A DNA stretch of 64,000 nucleotides from Hydrolagus colliei. Its lineage: Eukaryota. A model generated the notes under the pieces. It saw only the letters and a list, made by a program, of their open reading frames with translations, did no database searches and was not told the DNA's origin. Where the stretch lies: positions 2,914,001-2,978,000 of the forward strand of contig CM068747.1 in NCBI GenBank assembly GCA_035084275.1, given 5' to 3'. The translations under genes and the position numbers were made by a program. Position 1 is the first letter of the stretch; each line of letters begins with the position of its first letter. Below, piece by piece: positions 36,245 to 47,880 of this stretch.

Positions 36245-36706
36245 ATCTGGCTCCCCGTCCTCCAGAGGATCGAGTTCAAGATCCTCGTCCTCACCTACAA
36301 GGCCTTACACGGCCTTGCCCCGCCCTATTTAACCGATCTACTCTCCCCCTACACGCCCACCCGGACCCTCCGTTCAACAGGACTTGGCCTGCTCCAAGCC
36401 CCCCGCCCGAACCGCCCCACCATCGGAGGCCGGGCCTTCAGTTTCTCCGCTCCCACCCTATGGAATTCCATCCCCCAATCCCTCCGTCTCGTTTCTTCCC
36501 TTTCCTCTTTCAAGGCCGGTTTGAAGACTTTCCTCTTCGATCGTGCCTTTTGTTCCACCCCGAACTTTTCGACCTCCCCTTCATGTTTCACCCCTTCCCA
36601 AACACTCCCCTCCCAGCTCGGGTCACACGCCTCCTGTGCAGCGCCTTGGGACGTCCTCCCAATGTGAAAGGCGCTTTATAAGTGTAATTTGTTGTGGTTG
36701 TTGTTT
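36245..36706 (+). mobile_element. L2 LINE 3' fragment in the PTH2R 3' UTR
   Basis: Uninterrupted WLPVLQRIEFKILVLTYKALHG...GGRAFSFSAPTLWNSIP...FKAGLKTFLFDRAF plus tail. Confidence 0.92.
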
Positions 36707-36932
36707 GCTGTGCGGGTTAAGACATAAAATTTTCTATGTTGAGAATCTTTTTTTTTGTCAAACGCGTGGCTGCTCGATGAGGAGCGGTTTTACTTTAATG
36801 TGAATGTTAATCACCGCTGATGTTTGGTTCCCATGTTGAGCTGCCTTGCTCATCAGTCACTGTGCCAAACGGATTTCAAAAGTTTCCAATCGATACAGTA
36901 TTGTGTTGTCTATAATAGTTACTGATGGAAAC

Positions 36933-36938
36933 AATAAA
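36933..36938 (+). terminator. Candidate PTH2R polyadenylation signal (further AATAAA near 36976, 37868 and 38162)
   Basis: First AATAAA seen downstream of the stop codon; actual usage unknown. Confidence 0.3.
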
Positions 36939-37194
36939 TATGTATGAAACCAAAGGATATTCATTACCCTGGAGAAATAAATCGATTTGGTGCGGGTATT
37001 GATTGCTTATGGAGGATTCCCCGTCAGCGATATATGCTGTCGGCTTAAAAATAATCAAATAACAAGCAAGTGCGTTTCACAAGTGTGTGTTGAGATGGGA
37101 AAAGATCTCAGAGTCTGAAGAGCGCTTCAGAATGAGAAGCTACTTCATTACGAACTTGAAAGGCTTTACGGAGGCTATAACGCTACCAGCACCC

Positions 37195-37822
37195 ACAATG
37201 TCTTGTGTGGCGTCCCTCAGGGCTCTGTCCTCGGTCCCCTCCTCTCCAAACGTGTGGTGATGACATCAGCAGGCATGGGGGGAGGGGGGGGGGGGTCAAT
37301 CTCCACGTGTGCGGATGACACCCAACTCTACCTCGCTGCCTCCACCCTCGACTCCAGGGCCATCGATGTCCTCGCTGACAACAAGTCTTGGACGAGAGCC
37401 AAATACTGCTTGCTGGTCTGTCCAACTATTCCCTCCACAAGGCTGCAATTATTCAGAACTCTGCCTCTTTTTTCCTCTCCTACACCAGGGTTTGCAAACC
37501 AACCACCCGAAATTCTTGCCCGGCTTCGGTCCTCGGAGAATTGACTGTGAAACCCTTGATCTCACTTTCAAAGTGCTCCATGATCTTGCTCCCTCCCGCC
37601 TCTCAGACTTCCTAACCCCATATCAGCCCGTCCTCTCCCTCTGCTCGGTGGACACCAGCCTACTTCAGATTCCCAGCATTTCCCGCCCCACCATTGGTCG
37701 AGCGTTCAGCATCTCTGCCCACACACTCTAGAACTCTATATCACAATTTGTCCATCTCACCCCCTCCCTTGCCTACCTTCAAGTCCTGTCTAAAGAACTT
37801 ACTCTTCGACCTCGCCTACAGC
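37195..37822 (+). mobile_element. Degenerate, internally deleted L2 with RT motifs
   Basis: GVPQGSVLGPLL and (Y>C)ADDTQLY, followed by C-terminal ORF2 remnants. Confidence 0.85.
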
Positions 37823-38475
37823 TAATTGGGTAACATGTACGTGTACAAAAACATAGTCACTACATCTAATAAAGGCCAATATTAAATGTACACTATCTTT
37901 TTTTTTATTAATTAGGCTCAAATTGGTTTATGAATTTAGTTGCTGACTCTTTTTGAAAATGGCAGCCAGAGCATTAAAAAGTGCTTAAACCGTAATATTC
38001 CATTTAAAAATAAATTACATTTTCATTTCAGAACAAAGACAAACTGCCCTCAAACTGCTCCAATGGTGCAAAGTTTATTCACTGAACCACTTTGTGAATC
38101 TGAGCAAACTAATCCAGGGCATCTATAAAGAACAGACAATTTGAAAGTGATTTTAAAATGGAATAAATAATTCTTTGTGATCCACTGAACCATTCAATGC
38201 CACACAAAACAAGCTTGTAATTTGCATTTTGTTCATTTAAAAAAAAAATACTTGTCTTGTACTTGTCGAAGAGGTTCTTGGCTAAATGGGTGTTCTCATA
38301 ATTGATCTTTAAATAAGAACCATAGAGTGGGTGGGTGGGACAAAAGAAAATCTCAACAGTGGATTTAAATGATGCATGAAATGAGAGATCACAGTTCCAA
38401 TGGTTTATCCTGAGTTAAAATCAGTGTTGTGTCATCACCTTTTCCCATCCATTGCTTATTTCACGTAGGTAAATT

Positions 38476-38782
38476 AATAATAATAATCCTTGCATTTGAT
38501 GTAGCACCTTTCATGTCTTCTAGACATCTCAAAGCTCCTCACTGAATATAATGTAAAGTGAATTGACTGTATATTTGTGGCCGAAACGCGGCAGCCAATT
38601 ACGCACAGCAGTGTCTAACATCTAACAAACAGTCATGGATTGAGTGACCAAATAATTTTTTTCTTGAGGAATTATCATCAGGCGTGTGGAGTAAGGAAAC
38701 TTGCCCAAGGTTTCACCCTGCCGGGAATCAAACCCAGGTCTCTCGCTTGCAAGGCAAGTGCTCTAATTACTGAGCTACAGGC
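38476..38782 (-). mobile_element. tRNA-Deu SINE
   Basis: Full head and tail. Confidence 0.82.
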
Positions 38783-39082
38783 CTCCCATGTTCTGGTTTC
38801 TTGCCATGAATATTTTCCCCTCTCACGCCATAGATAAGCAATCCAGCCCACTTGTATGATATTTCTTTACACAAGCCCATTGGTTGAAATCTTAAGAATT
38901 ATCTTCTTAGGTCAGGGTTATAGAATATGATTGGGCAGAATTGATGCGAGATTCAGTCTTCATCTGCTTTCGTTGTACCTGACCTGAGAGTGTTTAATGA
39001 TAGATGTCCAAAGTAGTAGTGTTCGATTCTGTGCTAACACTCATCTTGAGTAACACTTGGCTTTTAATATTGGCTTTTAATA

Positions 39083-39438
39083 TTCCTTGCATTTGGTATT
39101 GCACCTTATCATGTCTTCAAGATGTCTCAAAGTGCTTCACAGAATACACAGTAAAGTGAATTGACTATATTGTGTTGGCAAAATGCGTCAGCCAATTGCG
39201 TATAGCGGTGTCCCAAAAACTGTCATACATTGAGTAACCAATTTTGATTCTGGAAGAAATTATTACCCCCGGAAAAGCAATCTGCCAATCAACTAACAAC
39301 CGAATTCCTACTTATTGCAAAGTTAAACAGAGGCATGTGGAGTAAGGAAACTTGCCCAACATTTCTCCTTGCTGGGAATCGCACCCAGGTCTCTCAATTG
39401 TGAGGCATGTGCTCCAACCACTGATTTACAGGACTCCA
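39083..39438 (-). mobile_element. tRNA-Deu SINE, long variant
   Basis: Head, extra internal segment and tail. Confidence 0.78.
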
Positions 39439-41546
39439 CGTAAGTATTACAGTACAAAGTCATTGCTAAATGCAAATCGGTTTCTGTGATCACTCACAAA
39501 ATACATAGCACCAGTCACACCACTTTACTGTGTATCCGATGAAGGAGATCTACGAGGCATCTGAACCACACTGTATTGGAGGCGCAAAGGTTATTTACTG
39601 TTTTTATTCACGTGTGTATTATTATGGGAAGAGATGTCAAACACTCTCTCTCTCTCTCTGGAGACCTGCACCAGAATGAGAAGCTTCTTGAGAACCAAAC
39701 AGAAATACAATTATATCGTTTAAAAAAAGTTCCTACGAAACATTACCCCATTGTTCAGGGTTCAAGAATTCAGAAAATGAAGTGACAGATTGGGGCATGT
39801 GGTTCTGCAGCCTTTAGAAGTTCAATTTCAGTTATTAATCATGTCCTACAGTAAAACTGCATCATATGTTCTTAGCAGAAGGATGGTGAGAATACAGCTC
39901 TTCTGCCAGCTGATGAAATTGTTGACAGTTAATCTGTTGGTGATGCCTTTTTTTAAAAAAAAAAAACCTTTACTGATACAGCAAAGGATTCTCAAAAAAA
40001 AACAACACATTTTTGGAGTCTAATTAAAAGACATGATGCCTCAAGTCAAGCAATTCATTTTCTGCTTTATCTGAAGTGATGAATTCTGATCGCTAACTTC
40101 AAGCTACGTCAAATTTGATTGTTGGCACTAAAATAGTATGACTTGACAGTTATTTGCTTTGATAGTATCTTGTTAGTGTTCACTATAAAAATAAATAATC
40201 CTTCACATCACTTTCTTTGGTAAAAAGCGTTTTTTTTTAAATGGTTCAAACATATGTCCGAATCCTTGAAAACTTCCAAAACCACTTTGTCTCTCTCCAC
40301 ATCAAAACCTCCTAAAGCATACTTGTAAGATTCTGCCTTTGGTTAACATCTTTGTATTTCACTCTCATTTCTCTGAGTGGTGTCCACTACCAGATTTGTC
40401 AAGTGTTTGTAATAATAATAATAATAATAAAACTGATAATATAACTTGCGTTTGATGCTGGATCTTTCATACCAGAGATGGATATCTCAAAATGCTTCAC
40501 CGGATTGTACTGTAAAGTACAGTGATTATTATATTGTAATTTCAGTTCCTTGGGACATCCCCCTGACGTGAAAAAGGCGCAATACACACGCGACTTCCCA
40601 CCGCAGCCATGAAGGGAACGACGAGTGTTACTGAAGGGTTGCTGGCCAGGATATCAGGAAGAAACTTTAACGTCTATTTGAATAGGCAGTCGGAGGGTCA
40701 GCTTTTCATTTCATCTGAAAGGTTGGCACCTCCGACAATGTAGCGCTCTCACAGAACTGCACTCGAGCGCCAGCCGAGCAACGTGAGCGCAAGTTTGACT
40801 CCGAAGCAAAAATGCTAGCAACTGAGCCAGGCTTTTTTTTTGTGTGTGTGTCCATTGTTTAGAGGCGATTTGTAATAGATTTCCATAGTGATGTTTATTT
40901 CTTCTCCTCCGCCCTCACTGTGAGCACGATGTCAGAATAGGACCGATGAGCAAATAGCCGCCGCATCCCAGCTGCGCAGAACAGTAGCCGAAAACAAACC
41001 ACTCAGCTTCACTCCGTTTCAGATCAGTGCACAATTAACAAATGGGTTAAAGTCTCTTTACAGCTGTACAGGGCAGCGGGAGGAAGGATGCAACGGTCTC
41101 AAAATAGATCCGGCACTAAATGCAAACACAAAATACAAGCCAGAAATGTTACGTCAAATGTTATTCAATGAGACATGTCAAGGCTGATTTATGGAAAGCA
41201 ACAACTTGCTTATATATCAACAATTGTAATCTTAAAATTATATAAATCAAAATGCAGAAATTGACCTCTTTTATGATCCAAACTTCTGTTTTGTTTTTGC
41301 CAGTAGCAGAAATTTAGACTTCCTACTTTAAGTTTGTTCCTGCTGTGTTACTTCGGCTATAATTAAGCCTGTAACACCTCACTAAACCTGCAATAATCTG
41401 CAGACACAGACATAATTAAGGAAAGTCATATTGAACTAATACAAATAATAAGGTTCAAATCTAAGATAATTCAAACTTCAAGTACAGACAAAAAGGGATA
41501 ATGACATTTACCGAGGTAGGAGAAAAATAATAATACAGTACTTATT

Positions 41547-41812
41547 CAGGTTCAATTCCAGGCAGAGCAAAACCTTGGGCAAGTTTCCTTACTCCACACA
41601 CCTAATAATAATCCCTCCCCACAAAAATTGGTCATTTCAATCCACAACTGTTTGTGGGACACTGCTGTGCACAATTGGCTGCCGCATTTTGCCCACAAAT
41701 ATACAGCCAATTCACTTTACAGTATATTCGGTGAAGCGCTTTGAGACTCTAGAAGATGTGAAAAGTTCTATATCAAGTGCAAGGATTACAATTACAGTAT
41801 TATTATTATTAT
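41547..41812 (+). mobile_element. tRNA-Deu SINE starting at the B box
   Basis: ggttcaattcc...Deu core...tail. Confidence 0.82.
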
Positions 41813-42669
41813 GAAAAGGCAATTTCTTGAAAAGTCGTAGGGCAAACCTCAATTTTACTTTGGGGAGCAATTTGTGAGTCCTGAACAATTGAAGGAAATA
41901 TTGGCAAATGCTTATTCTAACCTAAGGAAACAACTGAAAGTGATTTATAATTTGGTTATTAAGCCATTAAAATATCTTGGTGGCAATAGAGATGCAACTA
42001 GTTCTACTCCCTTGACATAACAAAGACTCATATAGTGATGGAGCCAAGATTCAAAACAAGAGACTAATTTTATCCATCTGGACTAGAGGATTGTGTTCGG
42101 AGATTTGGGCAAAATTAATGAACGAGTACATTTGTTAGCAAAAGCCTAACACAAGCAGAATAATAACCCTTGCATTTGATATTGCGTCTTCTAGATATCT
42201 CAAAGTGCTTCACAGTAAAGATCGTTAGAAAAATATCAAGCACGGAACGAAACTCCGATACCTCTTTTGGGTTCACTTCGGTGTGCAATTAGAAGATGGT
42301 TTCTTTTCATCATGTAATGTACCATTTCACTTTCTGCTAGGTGTTTGAACACACTCACTTTCTTAACAAACTCTTCAAGTTGTAGTGTTTCCAAGGCACT
42401 GAAGTTCTTTTAGCATTATCTTTGATCATTTACAATTTCCCTTCTTTGAACTTGTGGGGATGTAAGGAATGTGTGCCTACCTCAGCCGCAATACCTCAGC
42501 AAGCAAATAGCCATTTGCGAGCATCCCAAGTTTAATCTCTTTTTTGTTTGGGATTGAACGGTCAAAAATAATAAAATTAATTAACGTGAGTTTTTTTCTC
42601 TCTCTCTCTCCATTGATGCGATAAGGAAGATCAGATAACACAATGTTCACAATGTTCAATTAACTATTT

Positions 42670-42937
42670 GTGGAGCTCCTGTAGCCCAGTGGTTAGAGCA
42701 CTTGCCTTACAAGCATGAGACCTGTATTCGAATCCAGGCAGGTCAGGGCGAAACCTTGGGCAAGTTTTCTTACTCCATACATCTAATAATAATCGCTCCA
42801 GAAAAACCACAATAATAAAATTGGTCATTTCAATTCACGACTGTTTGTGGGACGCTGCTGTGCGCAATTGGCTGCCGCGATTCGCCCACGAATATACAGT
42901 CAATTCACTTTACAGTATATTCTGTGAAGCGCTTTGA
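42670..42937 (+). mobile_element. tRNA-Deu SINE, 3' truncated and joined to an L2 3' UTR remnant
   Basis: Near-consensus head and core. Confidence 0.83.
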
Positions 42938-44114
42938 AAACTCCATGTCGTAGTCCCTCCGCCTCACCCCCTCCCTGGCCTCCCTCAATCCCGCCTTAAG
43001 ACCCTCCTCTTTGACAGTCCCGTCGGTCATCCCAAATCCACCACTTTCCCTCTACCCTCCCCATCTCCAACGCCAGCTTGGGTCTTTTTGCACATTTAAA
43101 GAGAAGAGGCTGCACAGTCCTGTTGGTGTCAAACCTCTGTAGGACCAGCACATTTTATTCTAATGGTACAATGATACATTTCAATCGATGAGCAAGAATT
43201 ATGCCACCTGTGGAACACACTAAAAGCAATTTAACTGCTGAATTGTTCAGTCAACGACAGCTATTATTGGGAGCAAAGCACTTTTCTAGATTATTATGGA
43301 ACGCAGGATGTTTTTCCCCCTCTGATGACAAAGCTGACCTATGATTTCATTGAAATATATTTTAAAATGCCCAACCGCTGACGAAAACTGGATTACTCCA
43401 GAAGAGGTAAGAATGAATGTCATCCCTTCCTGAATACTAGTGAGTGGCAGAGTCTCTCTGCAGTAAACATTTTGATATCTTCCTCCATTGCTGCCCTGCC
43501 CCAGTGAGAACTTGTGGATGCACAAAAGAGAAAGTGGACATTAAGTGTATGAAGAACATGCTCAGCTAGATGTCCTCCTAATGTGAAGGGCGCTGTATAA
43601 ATGTAAATTGATTGAAATTACATCATATCTTTATTAAAATATGAGAGGCAAATGTACTTAAACCGCTTAAACCATCACACAAATAGGCTTTAAAATCACA
43701 GCAGCTGGTGTATAATCAGATTACTCAGGCAAATATCGAATGCTCAAAATTTGCATGGTACAACACAAATTGCAATAGCTCACTGTGCTTTGCTCTAATG
43801 CAGAGCAACAGTGATAATTAGTAGAAAAATATAATTATCAAGATCATTTTTGCTGCCTGGATACTGACTGTTTTCGCCTGACAACAGAAGTGAAATTGTT
43901 ATAATTATATGGTTCAAACAGGGAGAAAGCAGCAGCTAAGAAAGGTCTGGTGTAAAATGACAGAAACAGTTATGGTGGTCACCGAATTTTGTGAGGAAAA
44001 AATACAGCAAAGTTCGGGCTGGCTTTTCAGTGGCGCATGGAGATGCAATGATGGAGATGCCAAAACGTGTGTGAGATATTAAAATCAGCAAATCATCTGC
44101 CAATTTGGATTGCC

Positions 44115-44426
44115 AGCACCTTGGGACGTCCTCCTAATGTGAAAGGCGCTGTATAAGTGTAATTTTGTTGTTGTTGTTGTTCATGGTTGATTAATGGTCG
44201 CCTCACTTCCTCCCTTTCCTCCTTCAAGGCCGGTCCTCTTTGATTGTGCCTTCTGCTCCCCCCCTAACTCTTCCCCCTCTCCTAGTCTCCTTCCCCTTTC
44301 CCCTACTCTGATCCCCCCTTCTCCTCACCCCCACTCCCCACTCGGGTCCCGACCTACTTGTTCAGCGCCTCGGGACGTCCTCCCGACGTGAAAAGGCGCT
44401 CTATAAATGTAATTTTGTTGTTGTTG
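44115..44426 (+). mobile_element. Two tandem L2 3' ends
   Basis: Tails gcaccttgggacgtcc...(ttg)n at 44115-44180 and 44365-44426. Confidence 0.75.
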
Positions 44427-46334
44427 ATATTGAAGATCTCAAAGTGTGAGAGCATGGAGCAGTCCAGTTGTCTTAACTTGTCCAAAACATTCAAGTGAGC
44501 ATTTATTTCATTGTCTTTAGTGAAACATCACAGGTACAGATTAGCTTGTCTCTTCCCAACCATCCTTAAAGATCATTCACACATCAATAGGACCAGCAAA
44601 TAGTGGTTACAAACAATCCTCCGCCAATTCTCTGGGACGAAGGATCGATCAGAAGAATCATTGCATGTGTCATCCCAGCTCATGTCCCAGACTTGCCATC
44701 TCCACTCCACAATCATCAAGATCCTATTTTCACGGTTCACACTCCACATCGAAACCGGGTAAACTCTTTTTGTTTGTTTTTGCAAAGGTTATTTCAAAAT
44801 AATTTCTGGAATAAATCGACCTATCTGATTTAGGCTGAGGCAAAGTAAGACTTTTTTTTTCCTTTATAGTAACTGAATCCTATTAAAAACAAGATACGGC
44901 ATGATGTCTGAGGAGTTATTTACTTTTCTATCCGACTTATATTTGAGGCTTCACAAATCCTGTAAGATGATGAACAGTTGTTTGATGTTACTGATCTCAT
45001 GCTCATTAATTATTGATCTCATGCCCATCTACACTCATTCCTGGAGTTTTATTGCGCAGCCCTTGACATCCATTATCTTTTGAAGGTTTAGTTTTGAAAC
45101 TCTCATGCAGCCCACACCAGTGCTTTTTAAAAGAAATGCCTTCAATGCACAATGTTCTGACAATGTAAAAGGATTTGAACAATACAGATCACCTTTAATT
45201 CGATGTGTTGTTCTATTTCTCCCCGTTCTCCTTGTAATTGTGAGAGGTTTGGGAGAAATGGTAAAAAACAGAAGGAATTATAATAAGTCGACCCTAGACA
45301 AAGATTCTATGCGCACTAAAGATATTTGAGGAGTGGGAGGATTTTAAGTGCAAATAATTTTCTTACTTACAATAGAGAGACCTTTTGAAAGTCACCCCCT
45401 TACAGAAAGAAAGAGATTCCCTTTATCTGAGAGCTCCAGATAAACAAACACCACAAAGACATGTACCTGGACTGATTTAGTTGGTTTTCTTGTTGATACT
45501 GACCTCCTACACAGTAGAACAAGATGACCATGGTTAAATTAAGAATTGCAGAGGACAATTTGGGGACAGTAGTATATTACATCCCAATACTAGGTAAACT
45601 TAAAAGTAAAAGTAGGACATAAGATAATTATGCAGATATTACATTTATGCAAAATTTCTTCACAGAATTATGTCATTAATGATACGAGACAGAAAATCTC
45701 ACTCAGCAACAAGTTCTAATTCACCAAATTCAAGCAACATAAATCAATGTAGAGAATTATGTCGAAATTGAAAGCAAAAGATCCTTTAGAGAAGAGGGAT
45801 CAAATACACAACAAAACAGAGAGGGAGATTGCCTTCTATGATAATAATAATAATCCTCAAATTTTTATATATATTTTAATAATAAGTCTTATCTCGGCAT
45901 TGACACATCTCAAAACACTTCTAAGAATGTATTGTAAAGTAAATCGATTGTGTAGTGTGTGGGCAAAGTACATCGAGCCAAGCACTGAATGCCAAACACA
46001 GAAACCTGTTGTGCAGACGGTCAAATATTCCTAGATATCCCAGCAGGTCTTTGCAATTGAAATTGTTCCATCTATTGCACCAAATGTGTGCTGATACCTG
46101 ACAAACACAGCTGATCCAAATCTAAATTGAAATGCAGGGTGAATTAAGAAGTCAATTTAAACACTTCATTTTCGAGTCCTTCATGTCATAGCCTCTTGTG
46201 TCTGTGTAATTACAATGGACGCTGATGAAATGAAAAAGAAACAGAGGTAATACTCTCTGTCAGCGAAAGATCTCAATTCCAAATATGTAGTCCAATCTAG
46301 AGTATCAAAAGGATTAGGGATATGAGCGTTATAA

Positions 46335-46765
46335 AACAACAACAACAACAACAACAAAATTACATTTGTATTGCATGTTTCACGTCCGCAGGATGTCCCA
46401 AGGTGGTAGAACTGGGGTTAGAATTGGGGATCTCGAACTGTATTCTCTTTGTGATTGGAAGTCAGTAGAAAGAGTGTTAGGTTTGCGGAATCTGGTGCGG
46501 GAGAGGACACGGCTGCAGAGTTCTGGATGACCTGCAGTTTATAGAGAGTGGAGTTGGGAAGGCCGACAGGCAGGGAGCTTGCGCAGTTAGGACGGGATGA
46601 TATGAATGCGTGTTTGAGGGTCTCGGTGGCCTGCAGTGTGTTTCACTGGCTGAGTCGGATGATGTTGCAGAGATGTAGAAACATCAGCAAGCTGGCGTAT
46701 GAAGGACAGTTAAGAGTCAAACAGGATGCCGAGGTTCTGTATTGGCTCCGCGGGATCCAGAGTGC
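46335..46765 (-). mobile_element. Internally deleted L2 fragment
   Basis: (aac)n tail plus reverse complement of ORF2 segments. Confidence 0.7.
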
Positions 46766-47452
46766 ATCCGTGTCTTCCTTCTGCGCTTTCTCCTCGAGGC
46801 GACCACACGGTAAAGGATATAGAAACAACATCAAAATAATTATTAACCATTCATTTTCTTCTGCAAACATGCAAACACACACCCACATGCACTCAAATAA
46901 AGCTTGTCCTGTTCACAGATCCAAGTCAAGGAAGTCATTTTTGATAAATTCCTTTTCGTACAAACTATTTATATGAAAACAAGTGAATCATCAAGAAGTG
47001 CTGGTGCATCAACACTTTATAATGGTGTTTTATGTGAAGGTACAATTCAATGAACAACCTTTTAGCAGCTGTGTTACTTTATAACAACAAACTATGTTTA
47101 TATAGTATAGTTCACGTTGGGAGGATATCCCAAGTAGCTGGACAGTCAAGAGATTACACCCAAGCTACGATTTTGAATCAGGACTATTGGAGGACAAGGT
47201 GGATGGAGATGAGTAGATGACTGAAGGCATGGTCAAAGAGGAAGGTCTTAAGAGGGGTTTGAAAGAGGCAAGTGCATAACAGCACACAGTTTAAGTGAAA
47301 CTCAAATCACACCACAACAGAGGACACAGGATGTTACTTCATGCTCTAGTTATACTGTGACTCCTGGCACTTCTTGCCTTAGACCAGTGATCTGACTGTC
47401 TACGACAACAGCAACTGCTGACAGCACTACTGTACTACTGTACTGTACCAGC

Positions 47453-47484
47453 GACTGACTGACTGACTGACTGACTGACTGACT
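47453..47484. repeat. (GACT)8 microsatellite
   Basis: Directly visible. Confidence 0.9.
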
Positions 47485-47739
47485 GGCCTACATGAAGGAA
47501 AATACACCATTATATTTCATAGTTGCATCCAAACAAACAAGAACAAGCACGGAGCAGGCAGAGTACTTGGTGCTGAGGTGACCTCCAGAAATCATCCGCG
47601 TTTGATGCCACAAAGCAAGTCATTTTGCGATTTACATTCTATTTCTCATGTGCAAGGCAGGTTGATTCATCAATATGGAAGTGAATACATCTAAAAAGCA
47701 GAATGGCCCCATGTGACCAATGGCCAATGGGTTGGACAA

Positions 47740-47880
47740 GAACAACAACAACAAAAACAACTTTCATTTGCGTAGCGCCTTTCACGTCAGGAGGGCGTCC
47801 CAAGGCACCGGACATACAGGGATATATGCCTGTGGTTGGGATCAGGAGGGAGGGAGGGCGGGGAGGTTATGGGGCAAGAG
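47740..47880 (-). mobile_element. L2 3' tail fragment
   Basis: (aac)n...gcgcctttcacgtcaggagggcgtcccaaggcac. Confidence 0.7.
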
